From contig CAVPLM010000003.1 of the NCBI GenBank assembly GCA_963706025.1, forward strand, positions 576,001 through 640,000: a stretch of 64,000 bases of DNA. Direction: 5' to 3'. The position numbers were made by a program, and so were the translations under genes. Origin of the DNA: an uncultured Actinomycetes bacterium. Lineage in GTDB: Bacteria; Actinomycetota; Thermoleophilia; RBG-16-64-13. Below are positions 37,832-48,517 of the stretch, piece by piece; position 1 is the stretch's first letter; each line of letters starts with the position of its first letter. The notes below the pieces were generated by a model. That model was not told the DNA's origin and made no database searches. It worked only from the letters and a program-made list of their open reading frames with translations.

Positions 37832-38353
37832 ATGGCGCAAGAGACCGTGGCCAAGGAGATCCTGGTCAACGACAAGATGCAGGAGGGCTACCGCTACCTG
37901 CTGACCGCGCCTGAGGGCCGCGACTTCGCCGATGACTTCAAGCCCGAACTGACCCCCGAGGAGATGCTCGAGTTGGGCGTGTTCGGCGGCAAGTACATGA
38001 CCGATTGCCGGGACGAGTTCCCCGCCTCGTGGTATGCCAACGCCAGGCTCTCGCCTGAGCGGAACGATCCCTCCCTCAACTTCTTCGGAGTGAACGCCTC
38101 GCTGCCCCTAGCCGAGTGGCGGCGGCGGGGCTGGATCTATGAGGAAGACCCGCGGGGGTGGTTCCAGTGGTACTGCCGCTACTACCTGGGCCGGAGGATC
38201 CCCGACGAAGACGCGCGGCAGATCGGGCGCTGGAAGGCGATGAAGAGACACGTGGCTCAGGTCAGAAAGAACTGCTTCGCCGGCGATCTGCACTGCCGCC
38301 AGCGACAACGCCAGGCCCTCCTGCATTGGGCCTACGACTCCCGAAAGATCTAG
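37832..38353 (+). CDS. conserved hypothetical protein (DPRGWFQWY family)
   Basis: PELTP.EML.LGVFGG.Y, DPRGWFQWYCRYY.GRR, RQALLHWAYD; a recognisable conserved family of unknown function. Confidence 0.75.
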   Translation: MAQETVAKEILVNDKMQEGYRYLLTAPEGRDFADDFKPELTPEEMLELGVFGGKYMTDCRDEFPASWYANARLSPERNDPSLNFFGVNASLPLAEWRRRGWIYEEDPRGWFQWYCRYYLGRRIPDEDARQIGRWKAMKRHVAQVRKNCFAGDLHCRQRQRQALLHWAYDSRKI

Positions 38354-38356
38354 TCT

Positions 38357-38563
38357 TCATGCGTCCTCTCGGCGAGCACCGTCGACGGACCGGTGGGGGA
38401 GGCCCTGGAAGGGCTCCCTTCCCCGGTGGGGGTCCTCTGGTCGAAGAGCGCGTCGTTCCACGCTTGACAGCTTCGCAGCCGGCCCGACCGTGGTGTAGAA
38501 ATAGACAGTGCTCCGAGTCACCCCGGTAGCCCGCTCTACCTCACAGATGGTCAATGGTCGCAT
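38357..38563 (-). pseudogene. MerR-type HTH remnant
   Basis: LTICEVERATGVTRSTVYFY resembles LTISALERETGVSRSTIHFY of 46346-47290, then degenerates. Confidence 0.55.
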
Positions 38564-38599
38564 GCGTTCGGCCTACTGCTAGTCAACAGTCTCGCCACT

Positions 38600-39517
38600 C
38601 TACCTTCTCGGCGCCTTCTCCGGCGCGATCACCTTCCCGTAAGCGTTGTACGCCTCGATTCTCTCCTGTACTTCCGGCAGAGCGATCTGCGCCGGCTCTT
38701 CCTGGTGCTCGTGCCGCATTATCCACTCCAGATGGTGCATCTCCTTGGGTGTGGAGAAACGCGGTTCGCGCACGTCGTCGGGGTTCCAGGCTACTAAGAA
38801 CTTCCCGCCGCTGAACGCTACCGTGCCGTGTACCTCGCAGGTGGGGCACATGATCTCGGGTAAGTCCTTCTCGATGTAGATCACGTTGCAGTGACATACC
38901 GGACAGGAGACGCCGGCTTCCTCGCCCATGTATTCCCACTCGTCGAAGGGAAGGTCGAGGGCTCTGGCGACATTCTTGCCCAACGTGCGCGAGCGCTCGA
39001 CGGCCCCCGCGTTGTCCGGAGTGAGAGCCGCCCCCAGCGCTGCGCAGTGGTCGATCTGCACCTGGTCCACCAGAGTGGTGAAATGCTGAAGGAACAGATT
39101 GATCGATAGGAGCCCGAGGCTGGTCCAGCCGTCGTAGCCGGACCCTCCCACCGAGATGGCCGCCCCTATCCGCCGCCGCTCGAAGATGTCCGGCTTGCGC
39201 GAGAAGAGGTGGTTCGTCTTCTCGGCGATGATCATGAGGTTACTGCTGGACCGCAGGTGATAGACGGGGGCCGAGACGATGACGGCCGTGTCGCCCAACA
39301 GCGTCTGCTCGAGGATCCAGTCGACGTCGTCCTTGGCGCAGCGGCCCGTCTTCAGGCAGGCCCAGCAGGAGTTGCAGGGCAGCAACTTGAGATCGTGCGC
39401 CCTGATGATCTCCGACTCCACGCCTTCCTCCTCAGCCGCCATGAGGGCCGCCTTGAGGAAGTGCTCGCTGTTGCCGTTCTTCCTGCCGCACGAGAGGCCG
39501 ATGATCTTCTTGGCCAT
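38600..39517 (-). CDS. flavodoxin-fold iron-sulfur flavoprotein / FMN reductase with C-terminal Cys ribbon
   Basis: GRKNGNSE, PCNSCWAC....C, APVY motifs; CPVC...CPTC. Confidence 0.85.
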   Translation of the reverse strand: MAKKIIGLSCGRKNGNSEHFLKAALMAAEEEGVESEIIRAHDLKLLPCNSCWACLKTGRCAKDDVDWILEQTLLGDTAVIVSAPVYHLRSSSNLMIIAEKTNHLFSRKPDIFERRRIGAAISVGGSGYDGWTSLGLLSINLFLQHFTTLVDQVQIDHCAALGAALTPDNAGAVERSRTLGKNVARALDLPFDEWEYMGEEAGVSCPVCHCNVIYIEKDLPEIMCPTCEVHGTVAFSGGKFLVAWNPDDVREPRFSTPKEMHHLEWIMRHEHQEEPAQIALPEVQERIEAYNAYGKVIAPEKAPRR

Positions 39518-39535
39518 GTTCTGCCTTCCGTAGCT

Positions 39536-40884
39536 CTAGTAGGTTCCGTACTGTTTCGCAGCCTGGATCATGGCCGCGAAATTCTCTTCCTTGGCGGTGT
39601 CGGCCCCGGCTCCGACGTCGAGGATGAAGCCGCCCTTGCCCTTCACCTCGTCGACAAGCGTGCGGCAGTATGCCGTCACTTCGCCGGCAGTCCCCAATTG
39701 CAGCAGCGACAGCGGCACGTTCCCCGCGATGCAGGCCACGCCGTCGAGGGCTTCCTTGGCCTTGCGCATGTCGGTCTGGTCGAAGTGCCACACGGTGCGG
39801 CCGGGCGGCAGGTCGCGGATGATCTCCAGCCGGGAGTTGTAGGCGCCCTCGGCGAAGAGGTAGGGTACCAGGCCCTCCTCGATGAGGCCTTGGCACATCT
39901 TGCGCAAGGTGGGCCAATAGAAGGTGCGGAACTGCTCGTCGTTCATGAAGCCGTCCGCGCCCTTGTGCAGGGGGATGAACACGGTCGGCGGCAGGAAGGG
40001 CGCAGCCTTACGAGTGACGTACTTGAGCAGCACAGGCAGCAGGCGTTCGCAGGCAGCCAGCACCTTCTCCGGATACCGGTAGAGATCGGTCACGATGCCC
40101 CGGGTACCGCGCAGGGTGTCGCCTAGGAAGTCGAAGGGTGCCCAGGTGACAAGGCCGAGATGCGCCGGGAAGCCCTCAGCCGCCAGGCGCATTTCCAAGC
40201 CGATGCTGAACTGTGCCCAAACGGCGGCCTGTTTGCCCGCCTCCATCAGCTTGGAGAACGCCTCCTGAAGCCGGGATCCCCCCAGCTTGCTGCCCAGTAG
40301 TCCGCTCCGCAGAGCTGGACCATGCCGAAAGGAGCGTCGAGTTTGGCCATACCGGCCAGGGCACCGTTGGTTCTGGGTATGTAGGTGCGCAGCATGTACC
40401 CGGTGGGGTCGTCTATGAGATCGTCGTACTCCTCGGGGAGCATCCACTCCCGCTCGACGTACTGGAAGCTGGCTTCCTTGGGCACGCCGTGGCCAGGCCA
40501 GCTGAAGAGCTTGTAGTCGAAAGCGTCGAAGATAGGCCCGGCACCCGCGGCGGCGATGGCGGACCCGACCACGGCATCAGGCTGGAGGCTGCGCGCATAG
40601 CTCACCCACGCTTCGCTCGCTTTCTCGGGGTCGTACATGACATCGTAAGGGGTGAACCCGGCTCGATCGGCCGGATAGAACTGGTTGAGGGTCGTGACCG
40701 GGACGCGGTCGGGCGCTTTCTGGAGAAGGATGGCGTCTCGCAGCCGGGCCGCCCTGGCCTTGTAGTCGATCTCAGCCTCGGGACTGACGAACGGCAGACG
40801 AGGGCTGGTGTAGAACTGGAAGCGCTGCTCCAGTTTCTCGTCGGCGGTCAGATCGGCCCACGAACGCTCGGCGTCCATACTCAT
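39536..40884 (-). CDS. UroD-family corrinoid methyltransferase, frameshift near 40280
   Basis: PDRVP and FQYVE in ORF 40246-40947; APFDFLGDTLRG, PLHKGADGFM, GNVP, GFIL in ORF 39536-40447; paralog of 5582-6916. Confidence 0.82.
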
Positions 40885-41021
40885 CTCCTGGTCGGTCTTG
40901 CTGAATGTTTGGCGAACAGGTCGATCACTGCTTCTCGCGCTCCGCACCGGGTCTTCTCTATCTCGGCCAGGAAACAGGCCAGCGCTTTCCCGCCGACGCC
41001 GATCTTGATGTTGGCGGGGGG

Positions 41022-41054
41022 GCCGGGGCCGGCGGCGAAGCCGCCGGCCCCGGC
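41022..41054. terminator. strong stem-loop downstream of the substrate-binding protein gene
   Basis: Perfect 15-bp inverted repeat GCCGGGGCCGGCGGC-GAA-GCCGCCGGCCCCGGC, no clear U tract. Confidence 0.55.
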
Positions 41055-41108
41055 AACACCCCGTCGGGATCGACCCTAGGGGGTCAGAGACGATCCCAGG
41101 GGATCAGC

Positions 41109-42440
41109 CTAGTTGACGGTGTTCACCAGGACGAACTGGGCGCCCTTCACCTGCAACTCCACCATCTGCCCGGTCACGCCCTGAGAGGTCGCCTCAGGAG
41201 TGAAGTTGACGATGCCCTGCAGGGCGACGAAGTCCTTGAGGTTGATGAGGGCCTGGGCCACCTGCGGCTTTGTCGTCGGGGTCACCAGCCTGCTTCATGG
41301 CCTCAGCCAGGACAGCGACCAGGTCGGCGCCGGCAGCCGCGAAGAAGTCCGGCGCCTGGCCGTACTTGGCCTGATATGCCTCGTAGAAGGCCATCTGCGC
41401 GTCCTTCAGCGGCCAGTCATCGGGCAGGCCGGCCGGGTTGACCAGACCACCGGAGTCGAGCGACCAGGAAGCCCTTCGACCGCATCCGGACCCATGGCGA
41501 AGATGGCCGGGTGGGCGGCGGCGGGGCTGCCCTGGATCGGCACGTCCACGCCCAGGGACCGCAGGCCCTTGTAGAGCGGGGGCAGCGCGATCGGGTTGAC
41601 GATAGAGGAGCGACGGCATCCGGCTTCTGGGCGTTGTACGCTTCCATGATCTTGTTGAGGATCGGCTGGAAGTCGGTCTGGTCGAAGCCGAAGGTGTCGG
41701 GCAGCTTGGTGAAGGTGAAGCCCTCGGCCGGGCCGCTCTTCACGAGCAGGTCGAGCGTCTCCTGATGGATGGCGAGCACGTCGGCGATACCGAGGATGTT
41801 CTTCCAGCCGTTGGCCTTGATGACCTTGGTCGAGAGCGTCGGCCTGGGTCGGGGGAGCCGCCGAGAGCATGACGCTCATCTGATACTGCGTGCGTGGCAG
41901 CAAGCTGCTCGAGGGTGGCCGGGCCCATGCCCACCATGGGGGTGCCGGTCTGCTCGGCGATGCCGCGGGCCGGCTCCTGCATGAACTGGGCGAACGGCCC
42001 GACTGTCGCAGCGACCTTGTCTTCCTGGATCAGCTTGTTGATGTTGGCGATGCGCAGTGCGGGACGTCCGACTTGTCGTCGAGCGTGATGATCTCGAGCG
42101 GACGGCCGTTGATGCCGCCGTTGGCATTGACGTATCTCGACCATGAGGCCACGCCGTTGCCGGTCGAGTCAGCCGGGGCCGCGCTGAAACCCGGTGATGC
42201 TGTTGGAGAACCCGACCTTGATAGGTGCGCCGGTGGCCGGGCCGGCCGTCGTGGTGTCGGTGCTCGGGGCCGCCGTGGTCGGTGGTCGGGGCCGCCGTAG
42301 TTCGGTGCTCGGCGCCGCCGTGGTCGGTGGTCGGGGCCGCCGTGGTGGTGGTTTCCTCGTCGCCGCCGCAGGCGACCGCCGTCATGGCGACCACCAGCAC
42401 GAGCACGAGAAGACCCGACGATCAGGTACCGCTTCTTCAT
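41109..42440 (-). CDS. LivK-type ABC substrate-binding lipoprotein, multiple frameshifts
   Basis: MKKRYL...AVACGGDEETTTTAAP; VNANGGINGRPLEIITLDDKSD; KLIQEDKV..VGP fragments across frames. Confidence 0.78.
42256..42352. repeat. about 21-bp tandem repeats encoding a TTAAP(T/S)T linker
   Basis: Recurring GTCGGTG(G/C)TCGGGGCCGCCGT. Confidence 0.7.
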
Positions 42441-42500
42441 CTGTTCCTCCCTTGTGAACTTTCGCGTCCTACCTGCCCTGTATCGCTGAAAGCGTGCGTT

Positions 42501-45209
42501 CTAGTGCCGAGCCGTGCCCAGATAGCTCGCCTGCACGCGATCATCCGATTTCAGTGCGTCCGCCAGACCGGACACGACCACCTGTCCGGTCTGGAGGACG
42601 ATGCCCCGATGGGCCAGCGAGAGCGCCATCTCCGCGCTCTGCTCCACCATCAGCATGGTGAGACCCTCCTTGTTGAGCCTGGCCAGCGCCTCGAAGATGC
42701 GCTCCACCACGAGCGGGGCGAGACCCATGGAGGGCTCGTCGAGGAGCAGCAGCTGGGGCCGGCCGATGAGGGCCCGGCCGATGGCAAGCATCTGCTGCTC
42801 GCCGCCGGAGAGGGTCCCGGCCGGCTGCTTGCGCCGCTCCCCCAGGATGGGGAAGAGCTCGTAGACGTAGGCGATGTCGTCTGCAAGCGTCCCCCGCCAG
42901 TCTTTGCGGCCGGAACTGCCCACCACCAGGTTGTCCTGCACGGAGAGCTCCCGGAACAGCCGGCGCCCTTCGGGCACCTGGCACATGCCCCGGGCGGCGA
43001 TCTTGTCCGGGGCCAGGTGGGTGATGTCGAGCGCCCTGATAGCTGACGGAGCCGGCCTTGGGCCGCAGTAGGCCGGAGATGGTGTGGAGCAGCGTGCTCT
43101 TGCCCGCCCCGTTGGCCCCCAGAATCGCCACCACCTCGCCCTTGGGCACGGCGAAGGAGACGCCGCGCAGAGCCTCGATCGAGCCGTAGGAGGTGGTGAG
43201 GTCCTCGACCACCAGCAGGTCTTCGGGCTCGGGGCAACTGCCGTCGGCAAGCTCCCGGGTCTGGCAGAGGTCCGTGCGGTCGCTCCAGCTTGACCCCCAG
43301 ATAGGCCTCGATCACGGCCGGGTCCTTCTGCACCACCTCCGGCCGGCCCTGGGCGATCAGTCGCCCGTAGTCGAGGACGTAGACGTGCTCGGAGATGCCC
43401 ATGACCAGCTCGATGTCGTGCTCGACCAGGAGGACGGTGATGCCGGAGGCGCGGATGTTGCGGATCTGCTCGACCAGATAGGCGCGCTCGGAGGCGTTCA
43501 TGCCGGCCGCCGGCTCGTCGAGAAGCAGTAGGCGGGGCTCAGAGGCGAGCGCCCGGGCGATCTCCACCAGGCGCTGCGACCCATAGGGCAGGCTGGCGGC
43601 CGGCAGGTAGGCCTTGTCCTCGAGCCCCACCGCGGCCAGGGCCCGCATGGCCCGCTCCCGGGAAGCCTTCTCTTCGCGGCGCTGGTGAGGAAGCCCCAGC
43701 CCGCCGGCCCACAGCCCCGAGCGCTCGTGCCGGTGGCAGCCCACCAGCACGTTCTCGAGCACGGTCATGTTCACGTAGATGCGCAGGTTCTGGAAGGTTC
43801 GGGCCATGCCCAGGCGAGCGGTGTTGGCCGTCGACATCTTGGTGACGTCCTGTGCCCGCGAATTCGACGGAACCCCCCGTGAGCTTCTGCAGGCGGCTGA
43901 CGGCGTTGAAGAGCGTGGTCTTGCCGGCTCCGTTAGGGCCGATGAGGGCCACGATCTCACCTTCGTGGACCTCGAGCGAGACCTCATCGACCGCCTTCAG
44001 ACCGCCGAAGTGGACGGAAAGGTCCTCGACCGAGAAGCAGGGGCGACCGCTGGCGTCCGGCTGGCGCGATGCCGCGGCGGGTAGCCGGCCGCCGGTGCCG
44101 TCGTGGCGATCGCCGCTTCCCAGGCACGATGCGACCTCCGGCGAGACGGCCAGAGGCATGCCCACGGAGGTGGTGCACTGGCCCGGCTGGATCGTCCTCT
44201 TCGGCCGCCACCAGGCACTGGGCCGGCTCCTGCGAGCTTCTCCCGCCTGAGCAGGGCCTTGAGACGGGCCCGCTGGTCGGGCCGCAGGGCCAGCCCGGCA
44301 GGCAGGAAGATGAGGAGCAGGATCATGATGACCGAGTAGATGACCCCGCTGTACTGCTGGACGCTGCGAGAACCCGTTGATGACCCAGGTCATGAGGATG
44401 GCGCCGATCACCGAGCCCCAGACCGTCCCCCCGCCCAGGAGCATCATGACGATGGGCAGGATGGCGGCGGTGAAGGTGAAGGAGCTGGGGGTGACGGCCA
44501 TGGTGACGAAGGCATAGAGGCCGCCGGCCAGGCCGCAGATGACGGCGCTGGCCACGAAGGCCAGGAGCTTCCAGTTGGGCGTACGCACTCCCAGGCTCTG
44601 AGAGGCGATCTCGCTGGTGGCGATGGCCCGCAGCGCCCGGCCCGCCCGATACTTGAGGGCCCGGTCGACGAACAGGATGATGACGGCGGCCACCACCCAC
44701 ACCAAGTAGTACTGGCGGAGGTTGGTGTTGAAGTCGAATCCGAGGATGTTGAGCGTACGGGACGGGGGCCAAGCCCGTCGGTCGACCCGGTGACGCTGCG
44801 CAGTTGCTGCACCAGCACCAGGAAGATCTGACCCAGGCCGATGGTGGCAAGAGCCAGGTAGAAGTAGCGGAGCTTGAGCACCGGCCGCCCCACGATGAGG
44901 GCGATCATCCCGGCCACCAGGGCCCCGATGACGAGCGCCGCCAGGGTGGGGAACTCGGCCTTCATGGTGAGGATCGCGGCGGTGTAGGCGCCGATGCCGT
45001 AGAAGGCCGAGTGGCCGAAGGAGAGCTGGCCGGCCTGGCCCAGGATGATGACCACAGCGATGGTGAGGATGGTGAACAGACCGCCGGTGGTCATGATGCG
45101 CATGGCATATCCGCTCTGGTAGAGAAGCGGCCAGACCAGGAGGATGACCAGCAGCAGGGTCCTTGAAGAGGAAGCTGCGGCCCGCTCATGACAGCGCAGA
45201 GCGTTCCAT
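42501..45209 (-). CDS. LivM permease + LivG + LivF ATPase domains, apparently one fused gene, multiple frameshifts
   Basis: GQLSFGH..FYGIGAY; GPNGAGKTT...LLLDEPAAG; GANGAGKST...LSGGEQQML; no clear stop/RBS/start between the domains. Confidence 0.72.
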
Positions 45210-46090
45210 CAGGCCTCACCCTCGCCCGAAGGCTGGCCGAGGATCCCGCTCGGGCGGAAGTAGAGGATGAGGATGAGGACGACGTAGGCGACGGCGTCCT
45301 GATAGCCCGCGGGCAGGAAACCGGTGGCCAGCGACTGGATGATCCCCAGAGCGAGGCCGCCCACCACCGCCCCGCTGCTCGAGCCCCAGCCCCCCAGGAT
45401 GGCGGCCACGAAGCCCTGAGAGCGCGTAGATGCCCCCGGAGAGGTATGAGGTCGAGTTGATGGGGGTGACGGCGATGCCCCCCAGGGCCCCGATGGCCGC
45501 CGAGATGGCAAAGGCGAGAAGGATCATGCGCCCCGTGTTGACCCCGGAGAGGCTGGCCGCACCCGGATCGTTAGAGGTGGCGGTCATCTGCTTGCCCATC
45601 CGGGTGCGGTTGGTCAGGAGGTACAGGCCGACGAGCACCAGGATCATGAGTCCGATCACCCACAGGCTCTGCGGGAAGACGGCCACCTTGCCGATGAAGA
45701 GGGCCTGGTCGCCGGTGAAGGCGGGCACGCTCTTGCCGTAGCCTCCCCACCTGAGCAGGGCCACGTTCTCGAAGAGGATGCTGAGAGCCATGGTGGCCAG
45801 GATGATCGACACCAGGGAGATCTTGATGAGAGGCCTGCAGCACCAGCAGGTACATGACGATGCGACCAAGACCGCCACGCGACGATGGCCAGCATCGCGG
45901 AGAGCCAATAGGGAAGCCCTATCTCGCTGAGGAACGAGTAGGTGAAGAAGGCCCCGAACATCACGAAGGCGCCCTGCGCCATGTTCACGATGCGCGACGT
46001 GCGGTAGATGGTCACGTATCCAAGAGCGATCAGAGAGTAAATACTCCCTACCGTGACCCCAGTCACCAATAACTGGATCCACTTGACCAC
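45209..46090 (-). CDS. livH: LivH-type ABC permease, frameshifted
   Basis: GSIYSLIALG...NMAQG; TRMGK.M.A; FVAAILGG.G; RPSGILG motifs. Confidence 0.8.
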
Positions 46091-46345
46091 ACAAACCCCC
46101 TAGCGACCTCAAAAGAGCCGCGCTCTAACCACCCCAACCGTGAGCGTCATGCTAGGGCACGAGGTCTTCTTTGTCAATGATATTTAATGCTATGTGCAGT
46201 CGTTAACTCTTTACTGGATAGGTCAGTTAGTCTACTATGGTCTGGCCAACCGATGGACCACGGATGCGCGCCGGTCGATCGTCTGAGTCCTTGACCACGA
46301 TCGGTAAGTCAGACGAGGCACGGAGTCGACGTTTGTCAGGAGGGA

Positions 46346-47290
46346 TTGAGCATAGCTGAGGCTCTGACCATATCTGCTCTTGAGCGCGAGACGGGAGTCT
46401 CCCGAAGCACCATCCACTTCTACGTACGGGAAGGACTTCTGCCGGAACCCCAGAAGACGGCGACAAGCCGAGCCCTCTACGGCACGGACCACGTCGCGCT
46501 GCTTCGCAAGATAGGAGAACTCAAGAGCGCAGGCCGCTCGCTCGCCGAGATCAAGATCGAACTGGACGAAGACCTGGCCCAAGCGCGGGAGAACAGCGTC
46601 GATCTGGCAGGGCAGGAAAGTGAGCGGGTCCGTCGCGCCATCCTCCGCGTCGCCACCGAGGAGTTCGCCACCAAAGGATATGAGCGGACTCATGTCGACG
46701 CCATCATCCGGAAACTGGGGATCACTCCCCAGATCTTCTACAGCCACTTCCCCAGCAAGCTCCAGCTGCTGGTAGAGTCCTTCCAAACCTTCCTGAGCTG
46801 GAACCTTGACTTCGTCGAGCCCAGACTGATGGAGTCGACCGACCAGGGCGAGCGGCTCCTGGGGCGCCTGGTAGCAGACCATCGAGCGACTGAGTTCGGT
46901 TCAGACGTGTTTGCCCAAATCCGCATGGAGGGAGGTCGCGAGAAGGGCGACAGACTTAGGCTGGCCGAGCAGGCCTGGGCAGGCGTGGTCGGCTGGATCA
47001 TAAGGGACTTCGAGAGCGCCCGGGCGCTTGATTCTCCCCCACCACCGATACCTCTCGAGTTGCTCGCCTACAGTATGCTCGGCGCCCACCACAACGCGAG
47101 CGCCAGAGCTTCATGGGACGAACAGTACAGTCGCGCGGACCTCCTAAGGACCCATCTATGGCTCTGGCTGGCGGTCGTCGCAGCACTGAGCGGAGAGGTC
47201 GACATCGATTCGCGTATCGCCCGCTACGAAGATCTCATCAAGGAGACGGCCGTCCGTCGTCCCGAGACCCCGCCCGCGATCGAAGACTGA
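46346..47290 (+). CDS. transcriptional regulator, MerR-HTH fused to TetR
   Basis: ISALERETGVSRSTIHFYVREGLL (MerR) followed by ILRVATEEFATKGYERT....LGI....FYSHFPSK (TetR). Confidence 0.85.
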   Translation: MSIAEALTISALERETGVSRSTIHFYVREGLLPEPQKTATSRALYGTDHVALLRKIGELKSAGRSLAEIKIELDEDLAQARENSVDLAGQESERVRRAILRVATEEFATKGYERTHVDAIIRKLGITPQIFYSHFPSKLQLLVESFQTFLSWNLDFVEPRLMESTDQGERLLGRLVADHRATEFGSDVFAQIRMEGGREKGDRLRLAEQAWAGVVGWIIRDFESARALDSPPPPIPLELLAYSMLGAHHNASARASWDEQYSRADLLRTHLWLWLAVVAALSGEVDIDSRIARYEDLIKETAVRRPETPPAIED

Positions 47291-47392
47291 CCTCGGCGCT
47301 TCTAGAAGAACACCCGGCACTCCATCCCCAGAGCCGCGGTGGCTCGGGCCATCACCCGATCGGCTGTGGCAAGGCCGCGTCCGCCGCGTCGG

Positions 47393-48517
47393 TCAGCCTT
47401 GCACGGAATCCACCATGGCTTTGACATTCTCGAACTTCGCGTCGGGTGGAATAGCGCAGCCTTGGGCGATGATGAACCCATCGGGGCCGACTTCCGTAAG
47501 CAGGCGGTCGCAGTAGGCACGGACCTCGTCGCTGGTCCCCAGGGTCAGAAGGGCCGGAGGCACGTCGCCCAGGAGGCACATGTGTCCGCCCAAGATCTTC
47601 TTGGCCCGGAAGATGTCGGTCTTCCCGTCGAGGGCCAGAACGCACTTGGCCCTGGGCAGGTCTTTGAGGCGCTCGATCTCCCGGTCCCAGTTGGCATCGA
47701 AGTGAAGGACGGGGGTGCCGCCCTCCTCGGCCACGATATCTACCAGTTCCTTGAGGTAGGGCCATACGAAACGGTCCCACAGCCGAGGGGAGAGGAATTC
47801 AGGTGCCGTTCTCCAGCCGCCCACCCAATAGCCGATGGGGCCCACGGCCCGGACCACGTGTCTGGTCTGCTCCCGTTTGTCGGCCATCATCACGTCCATG
47901 ACCGCCTGCACCTTGTCCGGTATGTGATAGAGGTCGAGCATGAACTCCTTGACCGAACGCCCGCCGCACAGGTGCTCGAAGGGGTGGTCGACGGTCATGG
48001 GGGAGAACACCGCATACCCCCGCTTCATGTACTCGCCCGCCCAGCGGGGACCGGCCTCTTGCAGGGTCTGCCCGGCGGCTGCCGCCTCGCCGAGGTGCCT
48101 GCCGATGTACTGCCCGAACCAAGGGCGCCAGCCTTCGCTCAGGATACGGTCGTAGTCCTCGGGGACGATGCGTACCTGCTCGTCGAGCTGCCACAGGCTG
48201 TCTTCCGGTAGGTCCCGGCCGGGGAGCTTGACCGGGGCCAGCCACAACATGCCGAGTACCTGTGGCATGTACGCTGCGAACTGGATGGAGTCCACGTCCC
48301 CCAGGAGTTCCATGGTGGAGAGCATCGCCTGCCCGGCCACATCGATGTCTCTTACGAAGTCGGAGAGCTTGACTCCCATGGTCCTGGCGGCGAAGGCGTC
48401 CATGACCAGAGAGAGGGGCACCCGATCCGGGGTGCCCAGAGCGACGGCTGTGTGCAGGCGGCCCATCCGTTCGCCCAGCAGTTGCTCGGGCGTCTTGCCA
48501 GTCATGCTATCTCCCAT
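47393..48517 (-). CDS. UroD-family corrinoid methyltransferase
   Basis: PDRVP, D.Y..P, FLSP..WDRFVWP, LHFD, TDIFRAK..LG, GDVP, GFI...GC.IP motifs. Confidence 0.87.
   Translation of the reverse strand: MGDSMTGKTPEQLLGERMGRLHTAVALGTPDRVPLSLVMDAFAARTMGVKLSDFVRDIDVAGQAMLSTMELLGDVDSIQFAAYMPQVLGMLWLAPVKLPGRDLPEDSLWQLDEQVRIVPEDYDRILSEGWRPWFGQYIGRHLGEAAAAGQTLQEAGPRWAGEYMKRGYAVFSPMTVDHPFEHLCGGRSVKEFMLDLYHIPDKVQAVMDVMMADKREQTRHVVRAVGPIGYWVGGWRTAPEFLSPRLWDRFVWPYLKELVDIVAEEGGTPVLHFDANWDREIERLKDLPRAKCVLALDGKTDIFRAKKILGGHMCLLGDVPPALLTLGTSDEVRAYCDRLLTEVGPDGFIIAQGCAIPPDAKFENVKAMVDSVQG

Noticed and set aside
37832-38353. Photolyase identity for the WFQW protein next to the CarH-like gene
   Set aside because: Too short and lacks the other FAD-binding photolyase motifs
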